DNA of 64,000 nt, taken from assembly GCA_028534125.1 (NCBI GenBank), contig CM052816.1, forward strand, positions 99,388,001 to 99,452,000. Reading direction: 5' to 3'. The translations under genes and the position numbers were made by a program. Positions within the stretch are counted from its first letter, which is position 1; each line of letters opens with the position of its first letter. The DNA comes from Lama glama (lineage: Eukaryota). The notes beneath the pieces are model-generated. The model saw nothing but the letters and a program-made list of their open reading frames with translations. It made no database searches and was not told the DNA's origin. Of this stretch, positions 48,492 through 61,360 are shown one piece after another.

Positions 48492-51400
48492 TGACTTTTA
48501 CATGTAGAATATGAAATCTCGTTTAAACAGTGTCCTGAGGAGCAGTGGTTAAAGCTCTTAGGGCCCCTGGACATGTGCTGCCACTCGGTAGGGTGACAGT
48601 GGCTCCCCACCCAGAGCCCTGAGCCTCTCTCAGCCTTGGGTGCTTTGGTTCTGCAGGTGCTACCTGGAGCTTCTGCCCCACTGTCCTGCCCGTCACTGGG
48701 CGCTCTCAATCAGGTACGGAGGCTGCTCTGTGCCAGGGGGAAGGGAAGCTGGGACAGGGAGTCACAGCAAAGCTTGAGTGAACTCACAATCAACACGCAT
48801 CTCCCAAGAACACTGCACTGAGTAGAAAGAATGGGCCAGGCAGAGTCAAAGAAATGCATGTCTAATGACACAATTCCAGGCGGACGAGGAGAGAGGCTTG
48901 TGCACCAGGAAGAGTCCTCCTACACTGCGATGAAACACGCACACAGTTTCCATCTCTAACTCTAACCCCAAACTGTGTTTATCTGCCTGCTATTTAACTC
49001 TCATTTCCCTTTCCAATTTTTTTAATTTAATGTGTTTTTTTTTTTGGTTAGAAAGTACATTTCCCCCCTTAGTTTAATGCACAACAGTTTGAAGGACACT
49101 AAAAAATAATTCCCTACATAAAATGTTACGAATTCAGACGGAGGATGCCAGTAGCATGCTTCTCGAAAACGTGGTGAACTGCTGCTGGGCCCCGGGCATT
49201 CACTCCTCTTCCCGTCACAGAGCCTTCTCTGCCTTATCATCAGCCCGTGGCGGGCAGTGTGAGGCCGTGGTCCCCAGGTGCCGGGGTGGGCTCTCCTGCC
49301 TCCTTCTCCCCCATTGGCTGGGAGAAAGGCAGGGGGTAAAGATGGCTGTGACCTGTCCCCACCACCACGCTGATTCCCACTGCTGGACATGCTCTTTGGC
49401 AGGTGAGGCACGATGCTTTTACTCAGCAGTGAGAGCTCTGAAATAAGATAACGGTGCCTTCCATCATGGACACGCTCAAGACTTTCTTATTTGCCTATTG
49501 TGTCATTTTCCTTTGAATATGAATTCACATTGATAGCTTTGCCACTAATTCCTTTGTTCAATTTCTGGAATGGGATATAGATAAAACAAAAAAAAAAACC
49601 ATATGGAATATCTCATACTTTTTTTTCTTCAGATTATACTAATGAGCTTCATAGTTTTAATTGATAAGTTTGCTCTTAAATATTTTTTCTCCCCCAGAAA
49701 TACCAGTGGAGCACATTTTTTCAGGAAAATAAATATTCGAAAATCCTAAAATTACTACACATTAAACCATAAGAAAGCATATTAAGTGAATAGTTGGAGT
49801 CTGTCTGGCTTACAACCAAAAAGCATGGAAATTAAACCTTTAGGCCTAAAATTTAACATAACTTAAAAGTTCTACATTAGCTTTAGACTAATGGTGTTTT
49901 TCCCAAGTTGGTTTTCAGAAACCCCTTTAAGCTTTGAATTATGAAGGGGAAAATAGCCCCCAAAGAAATGCAGAACTGCAGGACGATGATTAATTTTTTA
50001 CGATTCATTGCCAGCTTGTACAAAATCCTATACCTTTTGCTCAAAACTGCCTCTGTTTAAAGAGAAAGATTGTTCCTCAGAAAATTTAGTTGCTTGGAAA
50101 TAGTCCTTCCAACTGAATTAGCCAATAAAATATGATTGTGTTAGCATTTGGGGAGGAGGGGAATTAAGGAATTGGTCTGATTTTCTGACTTTCAGCTTTT
50201 TAGTTTCAGAACTTTGGAATCAGTAGTTCTGTCTAACGTACGACGGCGCTGGAAGGAAGGGACTTCAAGTGTGAGCATTTCCATCTCAGCCAGATTAAGA
50301 GCAGCATGAGGGCAGATGGACACATGGCGTATAACACACACCCATGGAGGTGGACCGACCGCCCAGGTCTCTCTACCAGTGAGTCCTCGACTCTTTGAAA
50401 TGTGAAGCATCTCCTGCTCGTGATCCAAGTTTCATTTCTTTGATACAGGAAAACCTAGTCTATTTTCACAACAATCAGAGGAGGCCGTGGGTCAGTGAAT
50501 TTTCTCACTAGACATATGTGTTGACAAAAACAATAATTCTTTGAGCAATTGAAAGACTTCTGATGAATCATGGGCCCATTGGACATTCTGTTCATTACTC
50601 AGGTGAGTCTGTGCACGAACTTTTAATCTACTGGTTCCCTTCTACTTACAGATGCATCCTCGACGTAGGAAAAACGTAACTGTTGGGGAAAATATGATAA
50701 GGTATGATCTGCTTAAAGCTCTCCACACTTGTAGATGAAAACATGAAACGTAATGAACACAGCGCTGTGCCTTACAAGGTGAGATACTGGTTAGAAATTG
50801 AATGATTTTTTTTTTAAAGCTCTGTGTGCAGGCTAGTTACTGAGTAGGGACCTGGCCTTCAGCTGACGGTTTCTGGCAGCAAGTCACTGGCCCTTACCTG
50901 CTTCTGGAAAATAACTGCCCTGGATCGACCTTAGACTTGAGCTGCCCTCCTTGGTGACTGGGGTTTATCTCCCAGACGCACCCGTTTCCTTGCATTTAGT
51001 TTCAGCCAGTCTGACCCCTCCCTCGTTCCAGTGTGCACACAGGAGTTTGATGGCCAGCCGGCTGCTTCAGACCCTTGGGCATCTCCTATGTAATTTTTCA
51101 CTTCCATCTGGGGCTTCCTCCTCGACACCAAGTTTGGCATCATTGGGAAGGATGGGAATCCCAGGGCCCCCGTTTGTGGGACGTGGGCTCCTGGCCCCCC
51201 GGCACTGCCTCCCCCGAGTGTCACAGCCTACTCTAGGCGTCCTCTGACCCACGTTTTCCTTTGGTTTGCAGTCAGTGAGAGTTCGCAGCAGGGGGTAATG
51301 CGCTTGGAAGCCAAGCAACAAGGCTGGAGTTTGGAAATAGTGCTGTTTTTTATCTGATCTATAAAGCACCATAATGGGTATTCTGGTTTGATCGACTTTC

Positions 51401-52594
51401 TTCTTCAGCAACAGACTGAAGTCCATCAGACACGAAGCAGCTCTACACAGAGAGGCACTTGCTGAGGGAGCTGGGGGCTGTGTAGACACAGAACTGGCCC
51501 CGGTTTCTCTTGCAGGCGATCCTTCAGCAGGAGTCCTTCTCCTCCCCGCACAGCACGAGCCCCTCCACTCGGGCGAGCGGGGACCGCCGATGGCTATGTT
51601 AGGGGGCTTCACACGAGTCTGCTTCCAAATGCTTGTTCTCTTTGTGGTAACTTAGTTCATTAATGGATGGCAAAACACACTTCTGACCATGAACTTTGGT
51701 CCAGTGGCTTTCCAGCGAAGTCAGAAAATGTGAGTTTATAGAGACGGCGATTTAGTCACTGCGGAGGAAACTAACCACAGTGCGCATTCAGCTGAGAGAG
51801 CAAAGGGCTACAGATGAGGTGTGTAAACACGGCTCACGCCCTGCCCGGCGGCTTGGAAAGTGAGAGCACAGCCCAAGGTGCGATGCTTCGAGAAAAGGTG
51901 CGATGCACGCAAAAAGACACTACCACCCTCGAGAAAAAGGGCTGCTTTCCACGCATTTGGAAGTTTTGTTCTTTGCTACCTCGCTTTTCACGTTGAGTGA
52001 CAAGATTTTATTTTCAATGTCACACATTGTAAATGGAAAGAATTTTTAAGGGGTGAAAAAAGCCCATGACGGAGCCCAGACTCGGTCACACCCCCTTGTG
52101 ACCGCAGCAGTAGATAATTATTCGTGCCTCCCAGCCCCCCTTCCCCCGTGCTGTGGGTTGTGGGTGCTATAATTAGGGCTCGCCATTAGACACGAGGCAG
52201 TAAAGTCTCCCTGAAGAATGGCTGAGTTTGTGCGCCAGAATATAGGACTAGAAGGGCTACTTTTTGTTGGGTTTTTATTATCACATGTGCCGCATTAACT
52301 CACTCACCTTTAAAAGCTTTTTTTTCTCCTCTATTTGGAGGTTGCCCAAACATTTTTAGGTTGTTTCCTCATTTTTACTGATTATAGGAAAACCTCAATC
52401 ATGTCCCCAAACTCACATTTGAATAATAATAAAAAAACCATATTTTACTGCAATGGTGTTGGCAGGAGGTTAAAATATCTCTTTGAAAAGCACTTACTCA
52501 CTTATTTTTATTTTTCAAGAGTCACAAGGCAGCCTGGCTTCACTGAGACATGTGGTTAGTTTTAACTTCAATTTGTTTTATTTGAAAACACATG

Positions 52595-52623
<29 letters not shown>
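52595..52623. repeat. (CA)14 microsatellite
   Basis: Read directly from the sequence. Confidence 0.95.
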
Positions 52624-52625
<2 letters not shown>

Positions 52626-53264
52626 TAGTTTGGGTCTTCAAGAATGCAACTTAAGTCCATAAAAATAAATTTGAGGCAAGCTCCATGGGATTGTCGGGTC
52701 TGGGGCGAAGCCTGTGGAGCAGAGCCCTCAGTGTCCTCAGATACCCAAAGGCTGCTGAGCATAGGAAACCGAGAGTTTGCCCAGGTCCGTCTATTCACAG
52801 CGTGTTAGTGGGGCTGGCCAGTTGTAACCAGGGAAGCATGTGCTGTTTTTGAAAAGCTAGAGTCCGTTCATCGTCCAGCGTGGGCCCTGGAGGACCACGT
52901 TCTGCAGGCGAGGAGCTGACGGAGTGGGGTCTGGGTTCTCCCGGACCCGTTGCGGTTCCTCGGTCCTGGGTTCTGTTGAGAGGCAATCATGGAAACACAT
53001 GTCTGTGTGACTGAGGATGGACGGAGATATTTTTGAAGCTTTTTGCAATCAGTAATTAGTCACAAGAACGTGAGAAGGACCTGTATTTGTGCGTTTTCTG
53101 GGATTTCTCACCCATCCCAGAGACCTGTCTTTGCAGGCCTTTCTAAAAATATTAAAACAAACAGAAACAAGGTAGACTCAGTGGGAGTCCTTCCACTCTG
53201 TTTTCAGAATTTAGCTCACATTCTAATTTTTTCTCTCTGTAGCTTTTCTTTTTTTTATTTTTTT

Positions 53265-53540
53265 CATTATTTAAACAACTTAATGTGATATAATTCCTGT
53301 GTAGTAAACTACACATATTTCAGATGCACAATTTGATAAATTTTGATAGATGTCTACACCCATGAAGCCACCACCACCATCAAGACACCTAACATTTCCA
53401 CCCCTCCCCAGGAGGCGACCTGGAGATCATCCTTCTCAGTGTAGCTTTCCTTTCCTCCCTGTCTCCCCCTTCTCTCCCACCCCAAGACAACAGAGCCCCC
53501 CCCCCACCGATTGCCAGGTCCATGTCTTCTGCATACTTAA
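53265..53540 (-). mobile_element. Old L1M 3' end
   Basis: aacttaatgtgatataatt...cacatattt...acaatttgataaattttga...cacccatgaagccaccaccac...aacatttcca. Confidence 0.75.
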
Positions 53541-55692
53541 GTGACAACATTTGTCAAGGGTATTTTAAACATTAACTGCATATCTATTTTGTCCCCTTGC
53601 TGGACTGTGGGCTCTTGGAAACATGGTCCTGAAGATGACATGGTAGACATTCTCCTGGTACATAGCAGACATTCAGTCCAGGTGGTGGGAGAAAAAGTCA
53701 GGAATGGAGGACAAGCAAGAACAAAGATGACCACTCCTGGGAAAGTCTGTAAATGCCCGTGGACTAGGTAATTGAAAAGCTACATGAACACATCGTAGCC
53801 TTGCATCACCTTTTAGTGGTGTTTCTAAAGAGAGTTTCTGCTGTCAGACATCAAGAAGCTTTTCTTCCAAGTGCCTGATTGCTATCCATGTGGAATGTTG
53901 CTCCACTTTCAGGACTATTCTCAGGTTCTCGACTCGATGCTTAAGAATTCTATAGATTATTCACAATCGCATTAGCGATCGTTAGTGACTGAGGAGCCAT
54001 TATGGGTCTAGTGCCACAGGCACACAGAGCCCCATGTCCACAACTGGGACTCCTGGGGTGTAGCACCCCTGAGAGAGTGCCTTGACCCCTCCATGCACCC
54101 CCAGCCCCTCAAAGAGCCCCTAACACATAGAACAAGTCCACCAGTATCTGCTGAGTGAACGCTGATATGAAACTGAGGTTCAGAGAAGGCATTTTCACCC
54201 CAGTTCCCAAATACGGCAGGACCTTTTATGACTCTGGTCACATGGCCCAGAGCAGAAAGCTGAGTGACATCAACTCCTGAAAAGGCAACTGTACTCTTCA
54301 GCCACTAGGGAACTTTGATCATGCCGAGTTCTGTATTTTACTCTAAGTCTTGGTTGTCCTGGGTCCCAAAGTTAATTTTATTCCTGAAAACGGTTGTCAT
54401 GTCAACTAGACTTACCCCTAAAATGGTCTTGCAAAAGTAAAACATTTTAGTAACTCCATCAGAGAAGTCAGAAGGGCTTATTTATGCCCATCCCACAATC
54501 TGATAGAAAATTCGAACACCGGTCTCAGTGACGAGACCCGTTCTCATAGATAAAGACAGAAAACATCAACCCTCATGTATTTTTTTATTCATCAAAACGT
54601 CCATGTTTGGCAAACGTAAAATGGAAGAATTCCACTTCTCGTAAGATGGTTTTCTAAATCACAACGTCACCTTTGAAAACTACAGCTCAATGAGAAGAGA
54701 GTTCAAACGTATTTTTTACTAGGTGCACAGCTAATAAACTACTTGATAGCAATTTTACCAAACTTTTGTCACACATTTACATCATAGCCCTACCTATAAA
54801 TATGGCCCGTCTTTTAAGTCTCAAATCCAGCTATAGCAAACAGGAGATAAACATTTTGAGTGCACACCCACACCCCGCATGACTACACATCTACAAATAC
54901 GGATTCGCAGGTGATTGCTTATGTATGTGTTTTATCGTCTCTGAACCTGACACGCAACTTTCCATCAATGGGGTCGTGCAGTCGCTGTAGGCCTGGATGG
55001 AGCTTGGAGCCTGAGGAGGATTTGCGTTTCGACTGTTCGTAATCTGGGAGCCCACCAGCTTTAAACCATTTTAAGATACATTCTCTGCCTGAGGATCTTT
55101 GTGCTTTGCTGGCAGTGTGAATTCCAAGTAAAAACCCATGTGCGTGCCAGCGTGAGATGCAGATTCTTAGAGGAGATTCTGTTCTTCCACCCCAGGCCAA
55201 AGCCAGGATATGTAGGCTTCCTCCCTGTGGTTTTGGGTTCTGGCTCTGTTTTTGTTCATCCTCACACTGAAGCCATAACTCTTTGATCACCCCACTATGC
55301 AGGTCTCCTATAAGGCTGTCATATTGCTACTTTTTTCTTAATAATACATAAAATTAAGGTGCACTTGCAGCTCAACATGACTTACTAGATTTGGCATAAA
55401 GGAAAACATGTTTCCTCACATTTGTTACAACTTATGTCAAATGTAAATGGGAAGTTATTAGGTCCCGGCCCAGGCATCACTAATTCCTTAAGGAGATTAA
55501 GTGGACTTGCTTCCCCAGAGTCTTCTGGGGGGTCCCGCTCCCACAGAATCTCACCCAGTCATATTACAGCTTTTCCCTCCCTGTCCTTGTCTGTGTTGCC
55601 TGTGTCTCCCATGGTGGGTTTCTAGAGGGCAAGGTTGATATCAGTATGCGTAGACATTACAACACTTGGTGTATCAGTACCTGGTGGTGTAA

Positions 55693-55840
55693 AGGCTGGC
55701 TGGCTGGCTGGCTGGTTCACTGGGCAAATGGATGGGTGATTAGTTGGATGGATGGGTGAGCGGTTGGTTGGACCGATGAATGATGGGTGTGTAACTGGAT
55801 GATGGGTGGGTGATGAATGAACTGATGGTAGATGGATGGA
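55693..55840. repeat. (GGCT)n/(GGAT)n degenerate simple repeat, probably an L2 tail expansion
   Basis: ggctggctggctggctggctgg...ggatggatgggtga...gatggatgga following an L2-like 3' end. Confidence 0.8.
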
Positions 55841-56037
55841 TTAACTGGTAAGGATTATGTAGGGATAAGGGAGTGTGGTCTTCTCAAGAGATGTGTGACT
55901 AATAAGCAGGTCAATGTTCTCTTATTTTGCCACTCTCCTCTGAAAAGCAGGGAGATTCACTTTGTCCAAACATGCTTTCCTTTTGGAGAGCAAGACAAAT
56001 GCATTCTATGCTGGGTCAAGAATCAATTCTTTGCCCC

Positions 56038-56287
56038 GATTCCACACATAAGTATCTGTATATTTGTCTTTCTCCGTCTGATATTTCACTTAGTTTGATA
56101 ATTTCTATGTCTGTGCCCGTTGGATGGCAACAATGGGATTATTCTATTCTATTTTTTGTGGCTAAATGGTGGTCCATTGTGTGTGTGTCCCACATCTTCC
56201 TCATCCAGTCATCTGTTGACGGACACAACAAAGTCCCGCTGCACAGCACAGGGAACTGCCTTCCGTATTTTGTGATAACCTATAATG
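56038..56287. mobile_element. Older L1 fragment with internal inversion (antisense 56038-56226, sense 56227-56287)
   Basis: gattccacacataagt...atccagtcatctgttgacggacac joined to aacaaagtcccgctgcacagcacagggaact...tgtgataacctataatg. Confidence 0.8.
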
Positions 56288-58279
56288 TACTGTAATCCTG
56301 GCTTTCAGAGAGGTACTGACAAGACACTGAAGCAGCATCCAGTATAAACGGTGACGTCACTCTTGTGTCTGTCTTTCTTTTCGTCCTGTTCACATTCAAA
56401 AGAAACAGGTTTGAGCCCCCATCTGTGGAAGTTCTATCACGTGTGGCATGGTTCCCAGCCTCAAGAAACTCTCCTCTAGTTGGAGACGTCAGACCCAAAC
56501 GCAAGGCTATTTCAGCCCAAGTGGGCGCTGCAGCGTGAGGGCTGTGTGGCCCCGCCACTTGGAGGTCGCTGCTGGGACCCCGCACTGGAAGACGCCATCT
56601 TGACAGTGGGGGTAGAGAAAGGGGAAGCTGAGTGAAGGAGCAAAGGACAACGTGCAACTTGAAGGATCCGTTGGAACTTCAGCGACTTCACGTAACTTAA
56701 ACGTTTCAAGTTAAAATCACATTTGAAGGAGGATAGGCAGCCATTACTGTATTCAGACTAAACGTCTGATTTTTAAAAATCATTCTCACATTGGGGCCTA
56801 CAAAATGGAAATTAAGGGGAGCTGCTGGGAGCAGGAGGCGAAGCGGGGAGAACACTTCAGCCCGTGGAAAGTCCACATAAAAGTTAAAATGTTAACATGG
56901 CTTCCTTCACCTCAGGTGAATTTATAAATGAAACTGTTTTTTTCTTTTCTTGGCTACAAATTCATTAGTATGTCCTTGGGAATGACCGATTCAATTCAAA
57001 AGATTTTTAATAATTCTGGTAACTCTAATCTGAACCATTATTTCTAATTTCTTAATATGAAACTAGAAACATTGGTGCCCCAGTAAGTTTCACAGCGTAG
57101 CACACAACCTTCTTTATGGTCTTTACGCCCTTATGTAATATGTTATAAAGCGAGTCGAATGTTGTAAAACTCATTATTTTTTTTCTCTTTGCGAAAGTGC
57201 ATGATAGCCAAAAATTTAAGTGGAAAGCTATTAAAGTCCAGAAATCCCAGCCTTACACGCTGCTTCGAATGTTCGACTTTGCTTCTTTGGTGCTTTGGGT
57301 AAGGCCTCCATCAAATCTCTGGGCTTTATAAATGTTCACCTGTAGTATTTTTCCCCTTTTGTTAGGACAATCATAAACTACGTGGAACAGTCAGAATGAA
57401 ATGTTAAAGAGAACTGGCGGAAAAAAAAAAAAAGACTGAGAAAGACGTAACGCTTAACATTAGACAGACCGTTTGCTGCTGATGGCTGTAAGCTTCAACC
57501 CCAAACAGCTTTCCTCCTCTTAAAAGACCTCAGCCCTGAGCAGAGACGACCCGGTTGAGGTGCTAACCGGCTGAGGCTTACTGTCTCTCTGACAGGTTTT
57601 TTGCTGGCCTGGCTCCTTCTAGGTTCAGAGGGGAGCTGGTTCCACGTGGCTTAAGGTACGAATTAAAACGACATCATCTTTGACCCGCTCGTGGGCCAGG
57701 AGTGCCTTTGGCTGTCTTTGCCCCACCTCCGGGGTGGGCTGAGAGCTGACAAAGAAGACTGAGTAAGCACGGAAAACACAGGGAAAGCATCTCTCAAGAA
57801 GCAGAAATTGCCTCTCTCTGATCACTACACAGAGGTGCACTCGACACCCACTTCTCTTCTCACCAAAGGAGCGAGGGCTTTGCAGACTTGTAAAAGCACA
57901 GGTTACTTGCTTGTCCCTTCTTACTGGTTCTGTTCTGTCTGGTTTTACCGCTCACGTAGTTCCCGCTGACTGGAAGTATGCTTACACACTGACCTCTCAG
58001 TTCAGTTTTTGTGATGTAGGGAAACTCAGAGCAGGAAGAGTGTCTGTTGACAGAGTTCCAGTTAGTGAACTTGGCATTATAACAGGTACTTGGGTTGAAT
58101 GGCTGAAAATGTGATCACAGTCAGAAGTCAACTTTAGAATCTACACGAATGTAGTCTTTAATTCTTTGACTTCTGTGTTCATGTTGTACTGAAAAAGGGC
58201 TGCATAATTACAGCAAAGACTTCTAACTACCTGCCAATATCCTTTTCTTTCCCCTTTTTCTGTAGCAGTTTTCAGCTAG

Positions 58280-58707
58280 GCTCATGGCTTTCCATAATAA
58301 AGACTACGTTCCCCAGCCAGCATTCCTCACAAAAAGATGTGGCCATGTGACTAAATTCTGACGAACGGACAAAAACAGTGACGTGTGCAACTTCAGCAGA
58401 GCCCCAGAGGGAGAGTGTATCCTCATTCCCTGTGTCTCCTCCACCCGCCGGCTCCCCACCTGCTGCCTTCTTCCTGATGGATGCAAAGAGGGCACGAGGG
58501 CTGGAATTCAGCAGCCGTCTTTGATCGTGATGATCAAAGACGTGATGATCGCTCAAGATGAAGCCAGGATCTCTTACCCCATGGAAGGCCTCGCCAGCCT
58601 TGAACTAATAACCTCCAAGCTTCTCAAGCAGGAAGGAGAAAATCCTATTTTGTTTCAGCTACTGTATTGTTCCTACTGCTTACACAGTGACCAGAGATTA
58701 ATCACAC
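58280..58707 (+). mobile_element. Old MLT1 (J/K-like) LTR
   Basis: gactacgttccccagcc...gatgtggccatgtgactaaattctg...cagcagccgtctt...acctccaagcttct...tgtttcagctactgtatt. Confidence 0.7.
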
Positions 58708-60676
58708 CATCTATATTCCATCAGTCCATCCGGAAAACTTAATAAGAGAAAAGATATAAAAATATCAAACAAAATGCCTGGCACAGACAAGGATCTCCAA
58801 ACACGTCAGTGAAACAGTTCATCAAGTCCTCCCAAAACTGTGTGAGTTCAGTAAAAAGAATCAAAATCACTACTGAACCACAGGATAGTCAACCAGAAGG
58901 CCCTGTTACACTCGCTCTAGGTAAGTCTCGTCAGTGCTAGCCCGGAGTCCCGCGGGTGCCAACCTTGGGCTAATCAGGGCTAGGCTCACTGAGGAAAAGA
59001 CAGAAAAGAAGTTCGGTCCTCGTGGTCCTCTTCCACAGTCAGTGAGCCACTAAGTTGAACTTTTTTCCTTCAAATTTTACGTCCCTTCTGCACTTATTTC
59101 AACCTAGGTGGGGCTACTTCCCACTCAACGGATGGTGAGATGACGGCTCATCTCAGGGCCTAATGGTCCTCAAGGGTCTGCCCTTGTCCAAGAAAAATCC
59201 CTAATTCTAGATGAGCCAAGGGAAAAACATGCTTCTGGAAGCAGTCAAGTTACCCTAAAGGGATTTTAGGAAAAAGGAACATATCTGTAAATATAGGCAA
59301 ACAAGACCTGTCTCAGTTATGGTTCTGCCATACGCATCTTTTACTAAATACATCAAAACCGGGGACCTTCTCATTCAGAGAAGAGGAGCCATATGCCGCA
59401 GTGATTCACCCTCACGTCCACCTGACAGATGACACTGCGCACCTGCTCTGTCCAGGACTGCAAGGTGGGATTGACGCTGCGGTAAAACAGTAACACTTCT
59501 CTACTTAATGGAGCACACACTTGAACAATCGAGTGGGAGAAAGACAATGAAAACAAAATGAAACAAAAGTAAACAATGCACCAGCAACACTGATGTCATT
59601 GTTGAAAAGGAGTAGAGCTCTTTTGCTCAGTGGTCGTCAGCATTGCTACTGTCTGGTAAAATGGTGATTGAACATCGCACGGGTCAGAAGCCTAAGTCTT
59701 TCCTTTGCCCTAGTTGCATCCTCCAGTCAGCATCTTGCACCCTCTAAATTTGCTCGACCGTGAACCCATGAACCCAAGTCCCTGACTTTAGGTGCATGAA
59801 GAGGTGAAGTGCCGGTGGAAGTTGCAGCAATGATAAGACACGGGTGGCCGCAGCACATCCTTTGGTCCCTCCCACTGTCTGCTGTTGCTTCAACACAAAG
59901 ACAATAAAATTTAGAGCACTCTTACAGAGAATTCGGTTGTGATACTGCCTGTGCGTTGTGGAGTCTGTTTTGGCCGTGCCGTCCTTGCCCCTCGAGAAAG
60001 CTGTCAGTGCCAGATCCCCACTACTTTCCAGACTGGGCTTCTGAGAACACTCACATTCTCAAATCTTAAGATTATCAGAGGATTCTCCCAGTGTTATTCT
60101 GATGAAGAATTCCCGGAAGTCCGTCTCTCCTGTAGGGAGGAGGACTCAGGCCGAATACAGCATCCTTGATTTACCTAGAAACCAGCCAGCCGTGGCCCCG
60201 GGGGTCTTACCTGTGGGGACCTCCTTAAAGTTTCCAGATGTGTTTTCAGTGATGGAATGCAACACACCCATCATGAGAGCCAGCTCGGTGCATTTTGATG
60301 AATTCACCCATCCACGTAACTTCCGTGCAGTTCAGATATCAAAGGTGAAGACCAGCACTCTGTCACCCTCACTGTCAGCCAGACCCCCAGACTCCACCCT
60401 CTGTCACTCTTCTGACCTCTGATCACATAGATTAGTTGCTTTTGTCAGAATTAAATATCTTTCTGAGTCTGGATTCTTTCCCCTTGATTTGTCAGCTTCA
60501 TCCCATGTCATTTCACATAGTAGGTGGTGATTCATTTTCAGTGCTGTGTAGTAGCTCACAGGAGGAAAAGACCACATATATTGACGGACTGACTCTACTG
60601 TTGTTGGACATTTGGGTTGCTTCCCGTTTCAAGTAAATACAAAATACGCTGCTGTGAACATTCTTCCACATGCCCT

Positions 60677-61163
60677 TATTTTTTAAATTGTTTTTAATGT
60701 AAATATAGTCAGTTTACAATGATGTGCCAACTTCTGATGTACGGCATAATGTTTCAGTCATGCGCGTATGTACATATATTCTTTTTCACATTCTTTCTCA
60801 TTATAGGTCCCTACAAGACACTGAATATAGTTCCCTGTGCTGTACATAAGAAACTTGTTGTTTATTTATTTTATATATAGTAGCTAGTATCTGCACATCT
60901 CCAACTTCCAGTTTATCCTTTCCCACCCCCGTTTCTCTCTGGTAACTGTAAGTTTATTTTCTATGTCTGTGAGTCTGTTTCTGTTTTGAAAATAAGTTCA
61001 TTTATTTATGAATTTTTTTTTAGATTCTACATATGAGTGACATCATATAGTATTTTTCTTTCTCTTTCTGGCTTACTTCACTTAGAATGATGATCTCCAG
61101 GTCCATCTATGTTGCTGCAAATGACATTATTTTATTCTTTTTTATGGCTGAGGAGTATTTCAT

Positions 61164-61220
<57 letters not shown>

Positions 61221-61360
61221 TATAACTTCTTTATCCTGTCATCTGTTGATGGACATCTAGGCTGTCTCCTTGTCATGGCTACTGTAAATAGTGCTGCTGT
61301 GAACATTGGGGTGCAGGTGTCTTTTTGAAATAGAGTTCCTTCAGGACACATGCCCAAGAG
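60677..61360 (-). mobile_element. 5'-truncated lineage-specific L1 nested in the old L1M
   Basis: T tail, tatagtcagtttacaatg, 3' UTR and ORF2 end, homologous to 29711-30343. Confidence 0.93.
61165..61220. repeat. (GT)8(AT)7(AC)13 compound microsatellite inside L1
   Basis: Read directly from the sequence. Confidence 0.95.

Noticed and set aside
54521..54538. GGTCTC-N6-GAGACC, resembling a BsaI Golden Gate junction
   Set aside because: No vector, tag or other synthetic sequence nearby; short inverted repeats are expected by chance.
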